DNA from: Tubiluchus corallicola
Taxonomy: Eukaryota > Animalia > Priapulida
Direction: 5' to 3'
NCBI GenBank assembly: GCA_030141605.1
Contig: JAQGDQ010002181.1
Coordinates: 1 to 10,747 of the forward strand
DNA length: 10,747 nt
In this document: positions 8,930-10,747 of the stretch, piece by piece
Layout: each line of letters begins with the position of its first letter
Numbering within the stretch: the stretch's first letter is position 1
Notes under the pieces: model-generated
What the model saw: the letters and a program-made list of their open reading frames with translations, nothing else
The model's database searches: none
Told to the model about the DNA's origin: nothing
Program-made: the position numbers and the translations under genes

Positions 8930-9611
8930 TCCATTGGACGCAAATACATAAATATCAAGACGAAAAACTTTTTGTGCATCGGCATTTCTTGTTGTTTTAC
9001 GATTATGACTATCGCAAATCTCAGAAGATCTTATCTTTGTACAAACTTAAATCATATTAAAGCGGTTTTTTCTCTATATTTTCTGTTTTTAGCAGATCCT
9101 TCTCAAAGAATTCCAATAACTGCATTCATCTCAATGGAAATAGAGTCATACAAGCATCGCAAAGACAAAAATATGCAATTTGTTGTGTACAGTATCTGTC
9201 AAAATTGTACTGATTCCATTCCAATTTCGTCATAACTGACGATGGTACTGCCATTTTATCTTTCATTGCGCTTTTTGTTTTGAATTTATTCTGAAAGTTT
9301 TACATATAAAAAATAAAAGTTAGACGTTGTGTGTTAAAGCTGAACACTTTCATAACCAAATGTGTTCTTATAATTCAGCTACAATGCGTTTTCGAAAAGT
9401 CTCGGCGTCCACCAGTGACGTCATAATTTTCAACTGAATGGAGGTAACCACCGAGACTGAAAATTTCTATACAGAGGTAGCATGAATTAACTTCATACTT
9501 TAGACAGTTTTTTGCGAATTTCTTTAGTTATATTTTTTAAATTTATGCGATAACAGTAAAAAAAAGTCCAACATTAAATTACTTGACCTTTCCTTTGAAA
9601 TTTTTACTTAC

Positions 9612-9682
9612 TTTACGGCAGATGAGAGAGACCTTCTGTCCAATTCATTGGTTGCTACGTAGCCGTAATCCTTGAGAAAATC
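9612..9682 (-). CDS. MMP: Matrix metalloproteinase (M10A) internal exon, start of propeptide/PG-binding-like domain: DFLKDYGYVATNELDRRSLSSAV(K)
   Basis: Manual minus-strand reading: acceptor ttttctctttcag|GAT, 71 nt (23 codons + AA), donor |gtaagt. xFLxxYGY matches the MMP 'xYLxxYGYL' propeptide helix. The phase-2 end joins in frame with the 8226 exon (AA+A = Lys). The symbol is family-level only; the orthologue is not determined. Confidence 0.9.
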
Positions 9683-9847
9683 CTGAAAGAGAAAATGTTC
9701 ATTTAGCAAAATGAATTGAAGGAAATGTTACTAATTTTATAAACTTTAATGAAGAACTTTGGAAGCAAGCTTTGACAGACATGCACAACTTCTTCAATTC
9801 TAATAATTGTTCTTAATGCAGATTGAACAAATTCATTTCTCTTAACA

Positions 9848-9870
9848 CCCCCCCCCCCCACACACACACA
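9848..9870. repeat. C12 homopolymer followed by a short (AC)n tract
   Basis: Directly visible. Confidence 0.85.
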
Positions 9871-9929
9871 GAAGCGTGTCGTTTGTATTGAATTCGGGAA
9901 GACCTTACACAGTCTCTGTCAGGTAACAA

Positions 9930-10223
9930 TACAGTACAGTACAGTACAGTACAGTACAGTACAGTACAGTACAGTACAGTACAGTACAGTACAGTACAGT
10001 ACAGTACAGTACAGTACAGTACAGTACAGTACAGTACAGTACAGTACAGTACAGTACAGTACAGTACATACAGTACAGTACAGTACAGTACAGTACAGTA
10101 CAGTACAGTACAGTACAGTACAGTACAGTAAAGTAAAGTAAAGTAAAGTAAAGTAAAGTGCAGTGCAGTGCAGTGCAGTGCAGTGCAGTGCAGTGCAGTG
10201 CAGTACAGTACAGTACAGTACAG
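9930..10223. repeat. Compound pentanucleotide microsatellite (ACAGT)n-(AAAGT)6-(GCAGT)9-(ACAGT)n
   Basis: Directly visible; it explains the YCTVL-repeat ORFs. Confidence 0.98.
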
Positions 10224-10747
10224 CACATGTCAGCAACTCAAAAATTCAAGTCCAAATAGAATTAAGAATACAGTCTAACATTTTTCTTCATTTTACATTT
10301 CCGTCTTTCCAATAAGCCGTTTCACAGTTTCGTTGTGCGCATGTGCCGTTGTTGTAGGATAAACGTTAAGTGAACCACATCATCGCATCTAAGCTAAAAC
10401 CGGCACGTGACATGTAGGTAAAGCAAAGCCGCCTGCGCATCAGTTCAGTAACTTCAGGTGTTTTACGTAGACTTTATTTAGTTATGCATTAGTCTGTACG
10501 TAGAATGAATTTACCAGAAGGATCTTGCTTGAGGACCAGAAAAAATGGAAGGTTCTTGCTACGTAACTGTTAAAACTTTACTACATGTTACAATAACAGG
10601 GGCTGCGAGGCGTTGTTGAGTGTACACAAATGCATTGTCTGGTACCTTTGACCTTTTCACGATCATCATCAATCGCTGTCACTGTGAAAGGCTTATTAAC
10701 AAAACACTTCGCCCTCATTTTTCTTATCTTAAAATCTTTCCTATATT

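Noticed and set aside
9813-10236. Cys-rich YCTVL-repeat ORFs
   Set aside because: Pentanucleotide microsatellite read in three frames.
10515-10718. Candidate upstream MMP exons (10515-10566; ATG near 10718 to a donor near 10645)
   Set aside because: Neither encodes a signal peptide, and the ATG exon ends in phase 1 whereas the 9682 exon needs phase 0. Exon 1 is probably outside the window.

Overview
AT-rich eukaryotic genomic DNA, most likely from an invertebrate animal; nothing prokaryotic. The only host gene I can support is missing from the ORF track. It is a minus-strand matrix metalloproteinase (M10A), seen as two phase-compatible propeptide exons (9612-9682 and 8078-8226) that encode the YGY helix, the PRCGFPD cysteine switch and an RKKR furin site. 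I found no signal-peptide or catalytic exons, so the rest of the window is probably intronic. It is filled with repeats: two Tc1/mariner-like MITEs (one with a nested LINE 3' end), two more LINE C-terminal remnants, two minisatellites (68 bp and 80 bp) and two long compound microsatellites. There is also a truncated LTR retrotransposon whose LTR carries heat-shock elements next to a TATA box and is preceded by a small hydrophobic/polybasic ORF. The 68-bp array is an amplified MITE insertion junction, and its middle copies look like an assembly artefact. The long low-complexity ORFs come from the repeats. I cannot claim a proven new system; the LTR element and the TIR-junction satellite are the best leads.
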